From contig CM059432.1 of the NCBI GenBank assembly GCA_030390025.1, positions 73,100,001-73,164,000 on the forward strand: a stretch of DNA of 64,000 nt. Reading direction: 5' to 3'. The notes below the pieces were generated by a model. It saw only the letters and a list, made by a program, of their open reading frames with translations. It was not told where the DNA came from and searched no databases. Below, piece by piece: positions 24,233 to 37,402 of the stretch; within the stretch, counting starts at the first letter, position 1, and each line of letters begins with the position of its first letter. The position numbers and the translations under genes were made by a program. The stretch is from Squalus acanthias (Eukaryota).

Positions 24233-24834
24233 CGGGAGAGCAGACTACAGAAGATGAGTGACTCCTGGAAAGCCCCTATCTATTGGTCTACCAAAGCTGG
24301 AAAGGCTGGTGACAATGACTCTTTATGTGAGGGCCCGACTGCAGCGCCCTGGAGGTGGCCACATTCTCCAATGTAGACTGCAGAGTGCTGATGCCTTGTG
24401 AGATGACACCACACAGATTGGAAGCGGAAGCCATGATGCTGATATTCCTTGGCAGGCCTTCCAATACCTGGTGTAGTTACTGCTTATCATAGCTGAGTCC
24501 CTGAAGTCCTCATCTATGCCCTGCTTAGCAGAGCTAGGAGAGGACCTTGCCCTCCTGCGGTGTCCCTGCCACCAGTACCTACTCCTGCTCACTCATGCTG
24601 ACCTCTCTACCTTACTGTCTAACCCACGCAGAGTGCCAATATCTATGCTGGTGCTTGGGAGGGATAAAGCACGTGACGGTGCTTCCTCAGGAGGACTGTC
24701 CTCTGAGATGCCTTCGTCTGCAGAGTCCAGGAGCTGAGAAGGACCTAGAGGAAAGCGAAAAAGGACAAGAGGTAGGAAAGGAACTAATAGGCTAGATATT
24801 AGCAGGTGATAGTCTTCATAATGCCGCTTAAAGT

Positions 24835-24970
24835 TGTTAACAATTTGCATTTATATGCGCCTGTAACATAGTAAAACGCACTTCACTGGAGTGTAATCGG
24901 ACAAAAATTGACATGGAGCCAAAGGCGGCGATATTAGGATGGGTGACTAAAAGCTTGGTCAAAGAGATAG
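24835..24970 (-). mobile_element. L2 3' tail fragment
   Basis: Matches the reverse complement of 36921-37075. Confidence 0.6.
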
Positions 24971-25222
24971 GGGGAGAAATTCATTATAGCCCCATTTGGG
25001 GCACTAACTTTCAAAAGTTGAGAAAATTAGCGCTAGGCGCCAATTTTTAAAAACTTTTAAAGAATTCGGTTTTGCGCTCCAGAAAGAAAGTGGACCGTTA
25101 AATCAAGTGCTCCACTTCCTTCTTGGAGCACAATCGGCAGCAGGCGGGGCGGAGACTTCAGCAGCGCGGCACATTGGGCCGTGCAGCGCTGCCGCGTTCA
25201 AAGGCTCCTTCCCTCCCTTAAA
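24970..25222. mobile_element. Partial GC-rich Harbinger-type MITE
   Basis: GGGGGAGAAATTC terminus; AGCGCC-type motifs shared with 59347-60052. Confidence 0.5.
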
Positions 25223-26010
25223 CTTGGTATGGGTTAGGATACTGGCAGCAGAATTTTGGATGAGTTCAAGTGGTGGGCTCACAAGCTTAGCTTGGTGGGC
25301 AAGAATTACGTAGAAATGACAGCACAGAAACAGGAAATTCAGGCCAACTGGTCTGTGCCGGTGTTTATGCTCTATACAAGCCTCCTCCCATCCTATTTCA
25401 TCAAACCCTATCAGCATATCCTTCTATTCCTTTCTCCCTCATGTACTTAGCTAGCTTCCCCTTAAATGTATCTATGCTATTTGCCTCAAATACTCCATAT
25501 GGTAGCAAGTTCCACATTCTAACCACTCTCTGGGTAAAGAAGGTTCACCTGAATTCCTTATTAGATTTATTAGTGACTATCTTATATTTACGACCTCTAA
25601 ATTTGAATTCCCCCACAATCGCCAACATTTTCTTTATGTCTACCCTTACTCTATCAAACCCCTTCATAATTTTAAAGATCTCTATTAGGTCACCCCTGAG
25701 CCTTCTCTTTTCCAGCGAAATGAGCCCCAGCCTGGTCAGTCTTTTCTGATAATTATAAATTCTCAGTTCTGATATCATCCTTATAAATCTTTTTTGTACC
25801 TTTGGCAGTACCTCAATATGCTTTTTGTAATACATAGACTAGAACTGTGCACAGTATTCTAAGTGTATAGAACCTTGGTTAGACCACAAGTTTAACATAA
25901 CTTCTCTGCTTTTCAACTCTATTCCTCTAGAAATGAACCCCAGTGCTTTGTTTGCATTTTTATGGCCTTGTTAACCTGCGATGCTACTTTTAATGATTTG
26001 TGAATCTGTA

Positions 26011-28325
26011 TTCAAGAAAGGAAGGAGAAAAAGCAGGGAACTACAGGCTAGGTAGCCTGACATCAATCGTCGGGAAAATGCCGGAATCCATTGTTAAGGA
26101 AGTGGTATCAAGTCACTTAGAAAATCATAACATGATTAGGCAGAGTCAACATGGTTTTATGAAAGGGAAATCGTGTTTGAGAAATTTATTACAGTTTTTT
26201 GAGGATGTAGCTAGCAGGGTAGATAAAGGGGAACCAGTGGATGTAGTATATTTGGATTTCCAAAAGGCAATCAATAAGGTGCCACATAAAAGGTTATTAC
26301 ACAAGATTAGGACTCATGGGGTTGGGGGTAATATAGTAGCATGGATAGAGGATTGGTTAACAGACAGAAAACAGAGAGTAGGGATAAACGGATCTTTTTC
26401 AGGTTGGCAGGCTGTAACTAGTGGGGTGCCGCAAGGATCAGTGTTGGGGCCTCAGCTATTTATAGTCTATATTAATGACCTAGATGAAGGGACCGAGTGT
26501 AATGTATCCAAGTTTGCTGATGATACAAAGCTAGGTGGGACAGTCAGCTGTGAGGAGCACACAAAGGCTGCAATTTTCTCATCGGTGTCGGGATGGGGGC
26601 GGGTCAGCTGGTTTCCGAGTTCCAGTTCCGCCCCCAGCTGCCTCCGCTCTGCAGACATGATTTTCCCTTGATTGGCCTTGTTAAGCCTGCCCTACGGGCT
26701 TACTGGCCAATTAACAGGAAGCTGGTCTGATGACGTCATTTGATGACGCGTCATCTGCCGGTTTCCTTAAAGGGACCATGCACAATTTTATTTTGAAGTT
26801 GATTTTTCAGTGTTTGACAGCACTGAGGTGCTGAAAACACTGACAATCACTGCACAAAGGTGAACTCTTGCACCCAGACTCTCTCAGTACGCAGGGAGGT
26901 TCTCTTCCCTTCCAAGGGCGGAAGAGACCTCCCCAAGACACCAACTTACCTTGCATCTCCACCCAACCCTCTATATCTACTTTATCACTTCCCCATCTCA
27001 CTAGCCATCCCTAACACTCACCCTCATTCTACTGCAAGCATACCAGCTAACAACACACAAGGGTGGGCACTTGAGAGGTTTAGTCAATGTCCATGTGAAG
27101 TTTCTGGTAATGTGTTGTCATCCAGTGAAATCTTTTTTTCAAAAAGTGCCCCTTATTGGACAGGTCTGAGCGCACATTGAGAAGTGTCTTACTGAGTTCC
27201 AGTGATTGTTTATTCATAACTCCCCCCCCCCGCCCCCACCCCCACCATGGTGGTGCCATCGCTGGCCTCCCGGCCAGCAATTTTGTCAGGGGCAGATGCC
27301 CTGTGTCCAGTGCAGCATCAGGTGATGGCGGCGAAGGTTGGTGATGTTGGTGTTGATGTTGGTGCGGAGCCTGCCGTCAATCAAAATGACTTTAACTTCT
27401 GACCCGCCTCCAAACCCGCCCTCTGAGCGCCAGCAAAATCGCGGCCAAAGAGTCTGCAAAGGGATATAGATAGACTAAGTGAGTGGGCAGCAAGGTGGCA
27501 GATGGAGTATAATGTCGGGAAATGTGAGGTTATTCACTTTGGTAGGAAGAATAGAAAAACAGAATATTTTTTAAATGGTGAGAAACTTTCAAATGTTGGT
27601 GTTCAGAGCGATTTGGGTGTCCTCGTGCAAGAAACACAGAAAGCTAGCATGCAGGTACAGCAAGCAATAAGGAAGGCAAATGGCATGTTGGCCTTTATTG
27701 CAAGGGGGTTGTAGTATAAGAGTAAGGAAGTCTTGCTACAATTGTACAGGGCCTTGGTGAGACCACACCTGGAGTACTGTGCACAGTTTTGGTCTCCTTA
27801 TCTAAGGAAGGATATACTTGCCTTGGAGGCAGTGCAACGAAGGTTCACTAGATTGATTCCTGGGATGAGAGGGCTGTCTTATGATGAGAGATTGTGTAGA
27901 ATGGACCTATACTCTCTAGAGTTTAGAAGAATGAGAGGTGATCTCATTGAAACATACAAGATTCTGAAGGGGATTGACAGGGTAGATGCTGAGAGGTTGT
28001 TTCCCCTGGCTGGAGTGTCTAGAACTAGGGGACATAGTCTCAGGATAAGGGGTAGGCCATTTAAGACTGAGATGAGGAGGAATTTCTTCACTTAGAGGTT
28101 TGTGAATCTTTGGAATTCTCTACCCCAAAGGGCTGTGGATGCTGAGTCTTTGAGTATATTCAAGGCTGAGACAGATAGATTTTTGGACTCTAGGGGAATC
28201 AAGGGATATGGAGATCGGGCAGGAAAGTGGAGTTGAGTTCGATGATCAGCCATGATCTTATTGAATGGCGGAGCAGGCTGAAGGGGCCGTATGGCCTACT
28301 CCTGCTTTTATTTCTTATGTTCTTA
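26011..28325 (+). mobile_element. 5'-truncated CR1 split by a MITE
   Basis: RT motifs [18 protein letters not shown] and FADDTKLGG; resumes at 27447; TTCTTATG tail. Confidence 0.93.
26566..27446. mobile_element. Harbinger internal-deletion derivative
   Basis: TIR GGCTGCAATTTT / AAAATCGCGGCC; TSD AAA inside the CR1 sequence ACAAAGAGTCTGC; residual RREVLFPS Myb fragment. Confidence 0.88.
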
Positions 28326-28529
28326 TGTACCCCTAGATCTCTTTGCTCCTCTACCCCATTAAGACTTGTATTTTCCAAAGAGCATGTGGTCTCCTTATTC
28401 CTTCTACCAAAATGCACCACCTCACACTTATCTATGTTAAAGTTAATTTGTCATTTACATGCCCGTTCTGCAAGTTTGTTAACGTCTTCTTGTATTTTGT
28501 CACAGTCTTCCTCAGTATTAATTATATCC

Positions 28530-28790
28530 CTAAGAGGAAAGGAGCGGCAGAGGCAGCCGAACGGATGGTCTCAATCTTAGTGAGAAAGAAGTCCATGAGC
28601 TCCTCACACTTTTTGGAGGTGAGGGTGGAGAGGGCAGGACAGAGGGGTTTAAGGAGACGGTTGGTAGTGGAGAAAATAAGCTGGGGTTATCTTTGCATCA
28701 CAGGATGATCCTGGAGTGGTGAGCAGTTTTAGCATTGGAGAGCAGGACCCAATAGTGCTTGATGTGATCCAACCAGAGCTGGCGATGAAT
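28530..28790 (-). mobile_element. L2 ORF2 fragment
   Basis: Minus strand encodes CEELMDFFLTKIETIRSAASAA, typical of the L2 inter-domain region. Confidence 0.6.
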
Positions 28791-29420
28791 GGCTGTCAAC
28801 CTGGCTGAATATTTGCTGAGATGAATAAAGGGTTACAAGTAATATGCAGACACCCTGTTCAAATAGTCATCAGCCTCGCCTTCCCTGATTCTCGTGGTTT
28901 TACCTGGGCCATTGTTCTACAGGACTTTCTGGTCTATTTGGGTAAGGGTATGTCAGGTATTCTTGCCCCCAGTCTTGCTCTTCTCCCTGGTATTATGTGC
29001 TGTTTTGTCCTGCAGACAGAGAGGTGAGAGTTTGTGAGTGGCAATTAAAAAGTTAAGTGGAGATATGTAGGGTTTCTGCATATAGTGCATCTGCTAAGAG
29101 CTGGAGCAGAAGCAAGAAGCACCAAGGGTGGGGAGGTGATGAATGTAAAGTTGTGTGTGGAATATGAAGTGAGGAAGGAGTGCTAGGAGCAGTTGCTTTT
29201 TGTGCAAGTGGTAGGATATGAGAAGGGAATGCTATTAGTGCCTGGTGTGAAGAGGTAAGTGTGTTTGGAATGAGACAGAGAGGTGGTCCAGTGGGCCCTT
29301 GTGATTGAATGCTGAAGGATGCGATGGAGAAGAGAATTGTTGAGAGTACTGGGGGAGGGGGTGAAAGAAATGTTGTGAGGTGTTGTTGAAAGAGATGGGC
29401 AAATGAGGAGCTGTACTCAC

Positions 29421-29642
29421 CCATGCTGCTGTAGTAAATCTCAGTCTACATTGAACCCAGGTCCTGGGGGTGATGTTGCTGGCACTGACCCTCTCAGCCA
29501 CCTCTGTCCAGGCTTGCTGGATATTTGACCTGGTTATGCTCTTGCAAGCGCTTGGAAACAGTACCTTCCTCCTTGCCCTGACCTTCTCCACCAGGGCCTC
29601 CAACGAGCCATCAGAAAACCTAGGGGCAGCCCTCCGACTCAT
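29421..29642 (-). pseudogene. Harbinger Myb/SANT exon 1
   Basis: MSRRAAPRFSDGSLEALVEKV...W.EVAERV...RTWVQCR followed by a GTGAGT donor. Confidence 0.85.
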
Positions 29643-30314
29643 TACTGCCTACAGAATTCTGTCCACACTATTGCAAATAAATCTGACACCAGGGAATGCA
29701 ACTTCCCTTTAAGAGGTGTATTCCCACTTTAAATAGACCAAGGGAAGCCTACATGATAAGCTCGACAATGTTATTCAAATGCGACCCTGGAGTTAAAGTT
29801 ATCCGGGTCTCATGCTAGCGAAGTCAGGGGGATTTGCCGCTCACCCCACCCACTGCCTGCCCAATTTCTGCTCCAAGTTAAACTCAGTTGCATACGTATC
29901 TGTGGGGATTTTTACCTGATGCTTTTATTGCCATTTTAATCTTTGAAGCATTACCACGTATCTGCTCGGCCAAAATCTGATATGTATCATTTATCTATTG
30001 GGAAATTACAGTTATTTGCAAAATTAGGAAAAAATGCTCCTGCAGGCATCTAACTAAAAAAGTTGTAAAATTGAGCATGTAAAAAAATCCTGCTACTGTG
30101 GTTAGATGTCCAATGAGAAAAGTTGAAATGGTATATCTGAACCTCAATATTAGGGATTAAATGAAATAGTAACTATTACAAACATAGTTTTTTAAAAACT
30201 GGCTTATGTCATATATTCGACCTGACCAGGTTTGTGAATCTTATTAATGGATTTTTTCAAATCATATCAGTAAGATTCCTACATCGGAGAGGGAAAAAAT
30301 AGAAAATCCTAAAA

Positions 30315-31990
30315 CCATAGAATCATAGAATGGTTACAGCATGGAAGGCGGCCATTCGGCCTGTCGAGCCTGTGCTGGCTCTCAGCAAGATCACTTCAGC
30401 TAGTCCTACTCCACCGTAGCCCTGCAAATTTCTTTCCTTCAGATACTTATCCAACTCCCTTTTGAAAGCCTCCACCACCCATTCAAGCAGTGCATTAAAG
30501 ATCTTAACCACTCGCTGCGTAAAAAACGTTTTTCTTACGTCGCCTTTGGTTCTTTTGCCAATCACCTTAAATCTGTGTCCTCTGGTTCTCCACCCTTCTG
30601 CCAATGGGAACAGTTTCTCTCTATCTACTCTGTCCAGACCGCTCATGATTTTGAACACCTCTTTCAAATCTCCTCTCAATCTTCTCTGCTCCAAGGAGAA
30701 CAACCCCAGCTTCTCCAGTCTATCAACATAACTGAAGTCCCTCATTCCTGGAATCATTCTCGTAAATCTTTTCTGCACCCTCTCTAAGGCCTTCACATCC
30801 TTCCTAAAGTGTGGTGCCCAGAATTGGACACAGTACTCCAGTTGGGGCTGAACCAGTGTTTTATACAGGTTCATCATAATTTACACACTTTTGTACTCTA
30901 TACCTCTATTTATAAAGCCCAGGAACCCGTAAGCCTTTTTAACTGCTTTCTCAACCTGCCCTGCCACCTTCAATGATTTGTGCACACATACCCCCAGGTC
31001 TCTCTGTTCGTGCACCCCCTTCAGGATTGCACCATTTAGTTTATATGTTCTCTCCTCATTCTTTCTACCAAAATGTATCACACTTTTCTGCGTTAAATTT
31101 CATCTGCCACGTTTCCGCCCATTTCACCAGCCTGTCTATGTCTTCCTGAAGTCTATCACTCTCCTCCTCACTGTTCACTATACGTCCAAGTTTTGTGTCA
31201 TCTGCAAATTTTGAAATTGTGCCCTGTACACCCACGTCCAAGTCATTAATATACATCAAGAAAAGCAGTGGTCCTAGAACCGACCCCTGCGGAACACCAC
31301 TGTATAACCTTCCTCCAGTCCAAAAAACAACCGTTCACCGACACTCTCTGTTTCCTATCACTTAGCCAATTCCGTATCCATGCTGCCACTGTCCCTTTTA
31401 TTCCATGGGTTTCAACTTTGCTGGTAACCCTATTATATGGCACTTTGTTGAATGCCTTTTGGAAATCCATGTACACTACGTCAACTGCATTACCCTCATC
31501 AACCCTCTCTGTTACCTCATCAAAGAACTCAATCAAGTTAGTTAAACACGATTTGCCTTTAACAAATCTGTGCTGGCTTTCCTTAATTAATCCACACTTG
31601 TCTAAGTGACTGTTAATTTTGTCCCTGATTACTGTTTCTAAAAGCTTCCCTACTACTGAGGTCAAACTGACTGGCCTGTAGTTGCTGGGTTTATCTTTAC
31701 ACCCTTTTTTGAACAATGGTGTAACATTTGCAATTCTCCAGTCCTCTGGCACCACCCCCGTATCTAAGGAGGATTGGAATATTATGGCCAGTACCTCCGC
31801 GATTTCCTCCCTCAATTCCCTCAGCATCCTAGGATGCATCCCATCCGCTCCTGGTGACTTATCTACTTTAAGTACAGCCAGCCTTTCTGATACCTCTTTA
31901 TCAATTTTTATCCTATCTAGTATCTCCACTACCTCCTCCTTTACTATGTCTATGGCAGCATCCTCTTCCTTGGTGAGGACAGATACAATC
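30315..31990 (-). mobile_element. 5'-truncated CR1
   Basis: RT motifs; CATAGAAT tail; close relative of 10170-18910. Confidence 0.95.
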
Positions 31991-33694
31991 CTACTGCATA
32001 TTAAACACAAACTTATGGTTTGATATCAAACATACACATATTTGTGCATATATATATATAACCTTTAAATTAAACTGAGAGAGTGTAAAGTATTTTTTAG
32101 CAATTGATTGAAACAATTTTTCAACCATTTACTTAAAAATACACATTAAGGAAGAAAATACTGTTTACTGGATCAACATGGGAAATGCATTCTATTTTTG
32201 TTTCGAAAATACAGCCTTATAAAATATGAGACAAACAAGTTACACAACACTGTAGTTCTCAAGACACTGTGATTTAAATGATACACAACATTTAACATGA
32301 CAGCTGCCTCATTAGTGTGCAGTTGGAACTTGAAAACAGTTTGAAGTACAGTTCCCGATGCTTGTTCTGCACTGGAGCATTGTGAAAAATGCCTTAATAT
32401 ATAATGACATAACAGCAATATTCTTTGAAATGATGTATAATTTGTAGTCTGTTACTGTAAAAATCTTGTTCTGAAATATGAATCAGTAATAACATCAATT
32501 TGCTGTCCATAGCTGTAACCATCATTATTGATAGTAACATTTCCACACTATATTATAAAATATAATTGCACAAAAAATCTTTTGACCGTGCCTTTTCCAT
32601 TTACAGAAAATAAATAATAATTCTACAATTAAAAGAAGATATTTATTTTTATGATATAACAAGCAAGGCTAAAGTGCAAAGTAGAAAATATTATAAATTT
32701 ATGTGTAATATAAACTGATTTTTTGGGGGCGGATTAGCCACTGAAGTGCACCTTAGACTACCAGTTTGTCAGTCACATTTAATTTCCCATAGAAAACAGT
32801 TTGCGTTTCACTAGCATATTCAAGGCAACCAGAACAATTTTTGTTTCTGTAATGAAGACCTCTGGGAGAGTGCACAGTAATCACTTTGCTAAATTGCAGA
32901 CTTGTTTCAGTAACTAGTATAGGCTTGTTGAGATGTCAGTCTGCATCACACTAACTTGATTAATCAAAACCTGTCAGCTCTGTCGTTTATAAGGTGAAAG
33001 ATCATCAGGTCAAGCAGATTTAATTGGCTGATTCTCTGCAGACTGAGATAAGGTACTAGTAATTTGTTTCATACAACTCAGGGAATTCACTCAAAACTGC
33101 CTTCAATGTACATTCAGACTCATTTGTCGATTAAGAAAATGTATCTAAAACAGTGATATTTTATCGTCATGTTTGTTTTTAAAAAAAGATAAAATAATAA
33201 AATAACTTACAATGCAAATCCTATTAGGAATATGAGGATGTATTTTCTGATCACTAAGGCCAGTGATGTTGGAGCGGGACAGGTAATGGGCAGGGGGACT
33301 GGTAAAACTGGCTCAGATCCATCTTACTGAATTGGTACCACTGGAGTGCCAACTGCAATTTTTTGGTCGACCTTTTAGACAGGCCTAAGGTGGTATCGCC
33401 ATAAAGGAGCCATTACTTCATTTAAATATCAGAATGCATTCAAATAAAGCATAGCCCAATTTTCCATCCGCACAGGACAGAATTAGATGGGTGCTTTCTT
33501 CGCTAATCTGGATTGGGTACAAGTGAAGCTCCATGAGCAATGGAGCTCTTAAATGGTGAAAGGCTTTTTATTTATTTTTTATTTCCTGTTTTACAGTATG
33601 TTTTTAGTACTGGACTCTTATTAATTTTTTTCACATTTTACGAGAATAGTTTTCATTTATGATGTTCAAAATAAATTAGTGAAAGTAGAATTTT

Positions 33695-34030
33695 TTTTTA
33701 ATTAATTCTTGGAATGTGGGAGTGGCTGGCACGGTGAGCATTTATTGCCCATCCCTAGTTGCCCGAGAAGATGGTGGTCAGCCTTCTTCTTGAACTACTG
33801 CAGTCCATGTTAGGTAGGGAGTTCTAGGATTTTAACCCAGCGACCATGAAGGAATGTCGATATATGTCCAAATCAGGATGATGTGTGACTTGGAGGAGAA
33901 CCTGGAGGTGATGGCGCTCCCATGCATTTGTCTTTCTAGGTGGTGAAGGTCACAGGTTTGGGGCTGTCAAAGAAGCCTTGGCCTGTTGCTGCATCTTATA
34001 GGTAATCATGGTGCGCCAGTGGTGGAGGGA
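33695..34030 (-). mobile_element. Decayed 3' end of a CR1/L2-group LINE
   Basis: Similar to the reverse complement of 45960-46340. Confidence 0.7.
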
Positions 34031-34044
34031 GTACCTCCAATCAT

Positions 34045-34170
34045 GCAGCACTCCCTCAGTACTGCACTGCAGTATCAGCTAGGTTATATGCTCAAGTCTC
34101 CAGAGTGGACTTGAACCAACAACCTTCTGATTCAAAGCTGTGAGTACTACCTCTGAACCAAGGCTGATAA
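34045..34170 (-). mobile_element. Deu-SINE 5' fragment
   Basis: Reverse complement of the 10646-10780 tRNA head. Confidence 0.7.
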
Positions 34171-34365
34171 CTATCGATTACTAGCTAGCAACCTTAGTTG
34201 GAAATGTGCATGTATGTTGCCAGGTGATGAGAGAATGTGCCAAAACTGTGATAGTCGAACAGGTGGCCAGCACTCGCTCTTCAAGCTAACATGAAGAATA
34301 TCTGCTTCCATGCTGTACAGGAGCACTACCGCTGTCTGCTGAGGTATATCCTAGCATGAGTCATT

Positions 34366-35101
34366 GGCCTGGAATTTGCGGTTGGCGGCATATCTACGGA
34401 GTATGTCGCCGGCATCCGAATAGAATGCGAACTTACCTGATGTGGACCCTCCTTTGCGAACTTGCTGTTTGACGCTGTGTACTAGAGGGCAGCGTAATGG
34501 GCCACGGATCCCAGGGGCGCAGCGTGTGCAGAAGTGTACCTGGGATCACATGGGCCTGGTGCTCCAATCATCAAACAGAGGGTCTCTCATTCATTTATGA
34601 TCTCCGGAAAGGAAAAAAAAAAACCTAATTACTAGAGCCTTCTGGGATAAACATCTATACTTGCAGTTTGGATTTTTTTTGAGCTTATGCTCCACATAGA
34701 TGCAAAAATTTTTTTTTATCAATGTATCAACTGCTTCCTCTGACCTTTTCATGGACAAAATCCTAAAATGCTTCCATTTCCAGCCTCATAAGTTTTTTAA
34801 ATTACTTGGATTTGTCAGGAGGTATCCCCTTACGCTGCAGAAACAGGCCCTGCTCCCACCAGCCGTAAAATTTTCGTACGTAATTGCTGGGTAGTTGGTG
34901 AGCAATTAGCCCAACTCTGTGCCGCAATTAGGTTTTTAATGTCGGTGCAGTGTCGGTGCGGATGATCTGTCAAGTTGTAACTTGGCAGATCGCAAGTTCG
35001 GGATTTAGCGCATGCGGAAATCCCAAACTTGCTGTCCATTTCAAAGGCGGTATGACGGCGTACTCTGAGTACACCGTCATACCCACCACAAATTCTGGCC
35101 C
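34366..35101. mobile_element. Harbinger-type MITE
   Basis: GGCCTGGAATTTGCGG ... CCACAAATTCTGGCCC; TSD ATT/ATC. Confidence 0.75.
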
Positions 35102-36920
35102 ATCGATTTTCAAAGTAGAAAAGGATACAGACTGGTCCTGTTTTGCCCCTAAAAACAGATACCCAGCAACTGAAAATCAAAGGGCAACTTGGCTGCCCCT
35201 TTGATGTCCATATTTAGGCAGGCCTGTAAATGGTGAGAAGCCCGCCCACCTGAAACAGGCATAAAGCTTCTTAAATATGAAAATTATGGTCGGTTGTAGG
35301 TTCCGTGTTGCAAAATTCATGTACAAATGGGAGAGCACACTCCGCCCTTGGGTAGACAATTGAGAAACTCTCACACCTAGGAGCTGCCCTGTGTTGACAG
35401 TTCTGGGAACCAAATGTTTCTTCACAGGGAGGAGTTTAATAATCCCAGGCCTTCTCTCCTGTACCTCCTAGCAGCTAAGCCACATAAATAAGAGATCTGG
35501 GAACAGGGCGGCAGTCTATTCCCTTAGCCAAGAAACGTGTGTGACTGAAGAAGGGTAGAAAAAGGGGAAATAATGGAGGCAATTTTATGACTCCAAGCTG
35601 CCAGCAAGGAACCTCATCTGACACAATGCATATCGGAAATGGATAAACTAGCCACATCAATTTTCCAACCATTAAAATTAGATGATTAGATTATCATTCG
35701 CAGCATCTATGTTCCCTCTAAGGTGCGCGGCACACTGATCTGTAAGCTCCTGCGCATTTAAATTCACAGTGAGCTGGACAGCTGGAACGGCCCAATACGC
35801 AACGAGTGGGAAAAAGTCATAGCAATGAGAAAATAGCCCAGGACCTGACAGAGCCAATCCGAATTGGAACAGCATTTGGTAAGAGCCCTGGAACTTGCCG
35901 AGTGTTGTCTTGGACAGCCGCTGACTAATGGCGGCTGCAGGACCCACAATTCTCTGCGCTCCAGCAACCTCTCTATCCACCCCGCTGATTTCTCCGGCTA
36001 GAGTGCACATGCTCCCCAGGGCCATGGTGCAGTCTTGAAAGAGTCGGACTCGGTGGAAGAAACCAGGAAGTGGCGGGTAGAATGGGGGAGGTGCTGGAGA
36101 AGTGATTTAATGTTGCCGGGGCCCTTGCAGCACGTCCGCCAGGCCCAGCGGCTCTGATTAGGGGCCCGAGACCCGCACTTGGTGTTGCTGAGGCCTGCAT
36201 TGCGCTCGCGCCCGCTGTTTCCTGGAGCCGCACCGTGCGTGCTCCGCACAGACAGGCAATCTCCAGCCGCACTTTGGAACAACACACCGCAGGAGCCAAT
36301 CGGAGAAAGTTGAGGACCTCAATGTGTGCGGCAGGCAGGAAAGTGAATACAGTTATAGTTTTATTATCTTATATTTGGCATATATTTATTTTTAGGTTAA
36401 CTTTTTTTAAAATTATCCCGATCTCTAGACAGTGAGTGTCTTGGTGAACCTATTCAGGCAAAACTTTTTTTTAATGTTTCAATTCATGCGGTGTGATGCA
36501 GACAAAGGTGAGCTGTGGCTGTGTAATCTAAGAAGACAGTCCTGAACTGGAAATGTTGATGTGAATGATGAGTGTCTGATTAAAGCTAAACAATATCAAG
36601 ACAGTAGGGGGAGGGAAAGGGAAGCACTTTTAAATCTTAAATTAGGCCGCAGTTCCACAAGCGCTTTTGCTCCCATGGAAAGTGGTTTTGGGTGCACCTC
36701 AATGAGAGAGTGGTGGTATAACCTAAGAGATGATCGAGGGTACTAAAGACGTGAGGCATGAGTCTCGCAGGACCCAGAATTCTCTGCGCTTCAGCAACCT
36801 CTCTATCCACCAGGGAATTCCAGAGCTTAGGGCCCAGGTAACAGAAGGCTCATATCCACCCCGCTGACTTCTCCAGCTAGAGTGCGCATGCTCCCCAGGG
36901 CCGCGGTGCAGTCTTGAAAG

Positions 36921-37075
36921 GCTCCTTAAAACCTACCTCTTTGACTAAGCTTTTGGTCACCTGCCCTAATTTCTCCTTATGTGGCTCGGGGTCAAATTTT
37001 TGTCTTATAATACTCCTGTGAAGCGCCTTGGGATGTTAAAGGAGCTATATAAATACAAGTTGTTGTTGTTGTTGT
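36921..37075 (+). mobile_element. L2 3' tail with (TTG)n
   Basis: GTGAAGCGCCTTGGG...CTATATAAATACAAG(TTG)n. Confidence 0.75.
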
Positions 37076-37402
37076 GGTTTATGTTTGCACAGAGTGCACG
37101 TTAACTCCAGCTTTAGTTTCTCACCACCTCCCAACAAATGTTGGAAACAAAGTTATTGCTAATGTCTGGTGTAATAATAAGAAAATTTAACAGAACAAGT
37201 CATTTGGTTCATCGAATGTTTTCCTTCCATCAACAATATCCAGTCTATTTGTTTTTGGGATGAGACATTAAATCTGCTCCTGTGGTTCAGATGGATTAAT
37301 AAGGCAAATCGTGTCTGACTGACCTGATGAGGTAGTTTGGGATATGTGAGACTTTGTCCTCAATGTATATTGAAGTGAGGTTCCTTTTCTCCAAACCTCC
37401 AA

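Larger units (their letters stand above)
25310..28525 (-). mobile_element. Older CR1 3' region split by a younger CR1
   Basis: LEKRRLRGDLIEIFKIMKG at 25545-25835 continues as VHFGRRNKE at 28327-28525; TGTA duplicated at the junctions. Confidence 0.75.
21662..29890. mobile_element. Old Harbinger element inflated by nested insertions, right boundary uncertain
   Basis: GGGACGATTAT left end; transposase on + and Myb on - in a convergent layout. Confidence 0.6.

Noticed and set aside
33211..33246. Minus-strand 36-nt exon KIHPHIPNRICI
   Set aside because: Good donor but no polypyrimidine tract
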